In this document: positions 31,972 through 32,000 of the stretch, one piece after another
How positions within the stretch are numbered: position 1 is the first letter of the stretch
Layout: each line of letters starts with the position of its first letter
NCBI GenBank assembly: GCA_023898645.1
Contig: CP060232.1
Span: 810,001 to 842,000 of the forward strand
Direction of reading: 5' to 3'
Length of the DNA: 32,000 nt
Source: Candidatus Saccharimonadota bacterium
Lineage (GTDB): Bacteria > Patescibacteriota > Saccharimonadia > Saccharimonadales > Saccharimonadaceae
Translations under genes and position numbers: made by a program
Notes under the pieces: model-generated
What the model was told of the DNA's origin: nothing
What the model saw: the letters and a program-made list of their open reading frames with translations, nothing else
Database searches by the model: none

Positions 31972-32000
31972 ATGAAAGCAACTTGGAACAACACAGTTAT
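31972..32000 (+). CDS. 5' end of an unidentified gene (MKATWNNTV...), truncated by the window edge
   Basis: The ATG sits in the same TGcTATAnT-6 nt-ATG context as other genes here. Only 9 codons are visible. Confidence 0.3.

Noticed and set aside
1-32000. Looked for tRNA, rRNA, tmRNA-like sequences and CRISPR arrays in all intergenic gaps longer than 60 bp.
   Set aside because: No T-loop (GGTTCGAnnCC-type) or cloverleaf-compatible sequence and no rRNA-like stretch was noticed. The gaps are accounted for by promoters, terminators, the riboswitch and the repeats described above. This was a by-eye scan, so small ncRNAs cannot be excluded.

Overview
32-kb chromosomal window with about 45 protein genes on both strands and a high share of ORFans. 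No rRNA, tRNA or CRISPR array was seen. The gene content (type IV pilin, class F-like sortase, compact MetK, many apparently leaderless genes) suggests a small-genome, Saccharibacteria/CPR-like bacterium. That placement is an inference only. Recognisable content, in order: (1) Two tandem DUF2075 NTPases, the complete one carrying a NERD/PD-(D/E)xK-like N-terminus. (2) A RAYT/IS200-like Y1 transposase bracketed by REP-like hairpin repeats, which directly abuts a 5'-truncated NodB-deacetylase/GT2 synthase gene. (3) A prkA-yeaH-spoVR operon behind a duplicated promoter/operator module. (4) Three paralogous archaemetzincin-like (M54) zinc peptidases sharing a 10-residue insertion in the metal-binding signature. 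(5) Two paralogues of an unrecognised 214-239 aa family flanking one of those peptidases. (6) Paralogous small membrane proteins. (7) A frameshifted surface protein with an APNTG sorting signal, next to a sortase. (8) A SAM-I riboswitch-metK unit. Housekeeping genes include ABC-F, TSUP, IMPase, FKBP, RRM, cupin, CMD and a 2H phosphoesterase. A recurrent TGcTATAnT extended -10 box, often only 6 nt from the ATG, marks many gene starts. The best candidates for an undescribed system are the M54-like paralogue set and the ORFan cluster at 24.9-28.9 kb. All function calls come from motif recognition by eye; no searches were run.
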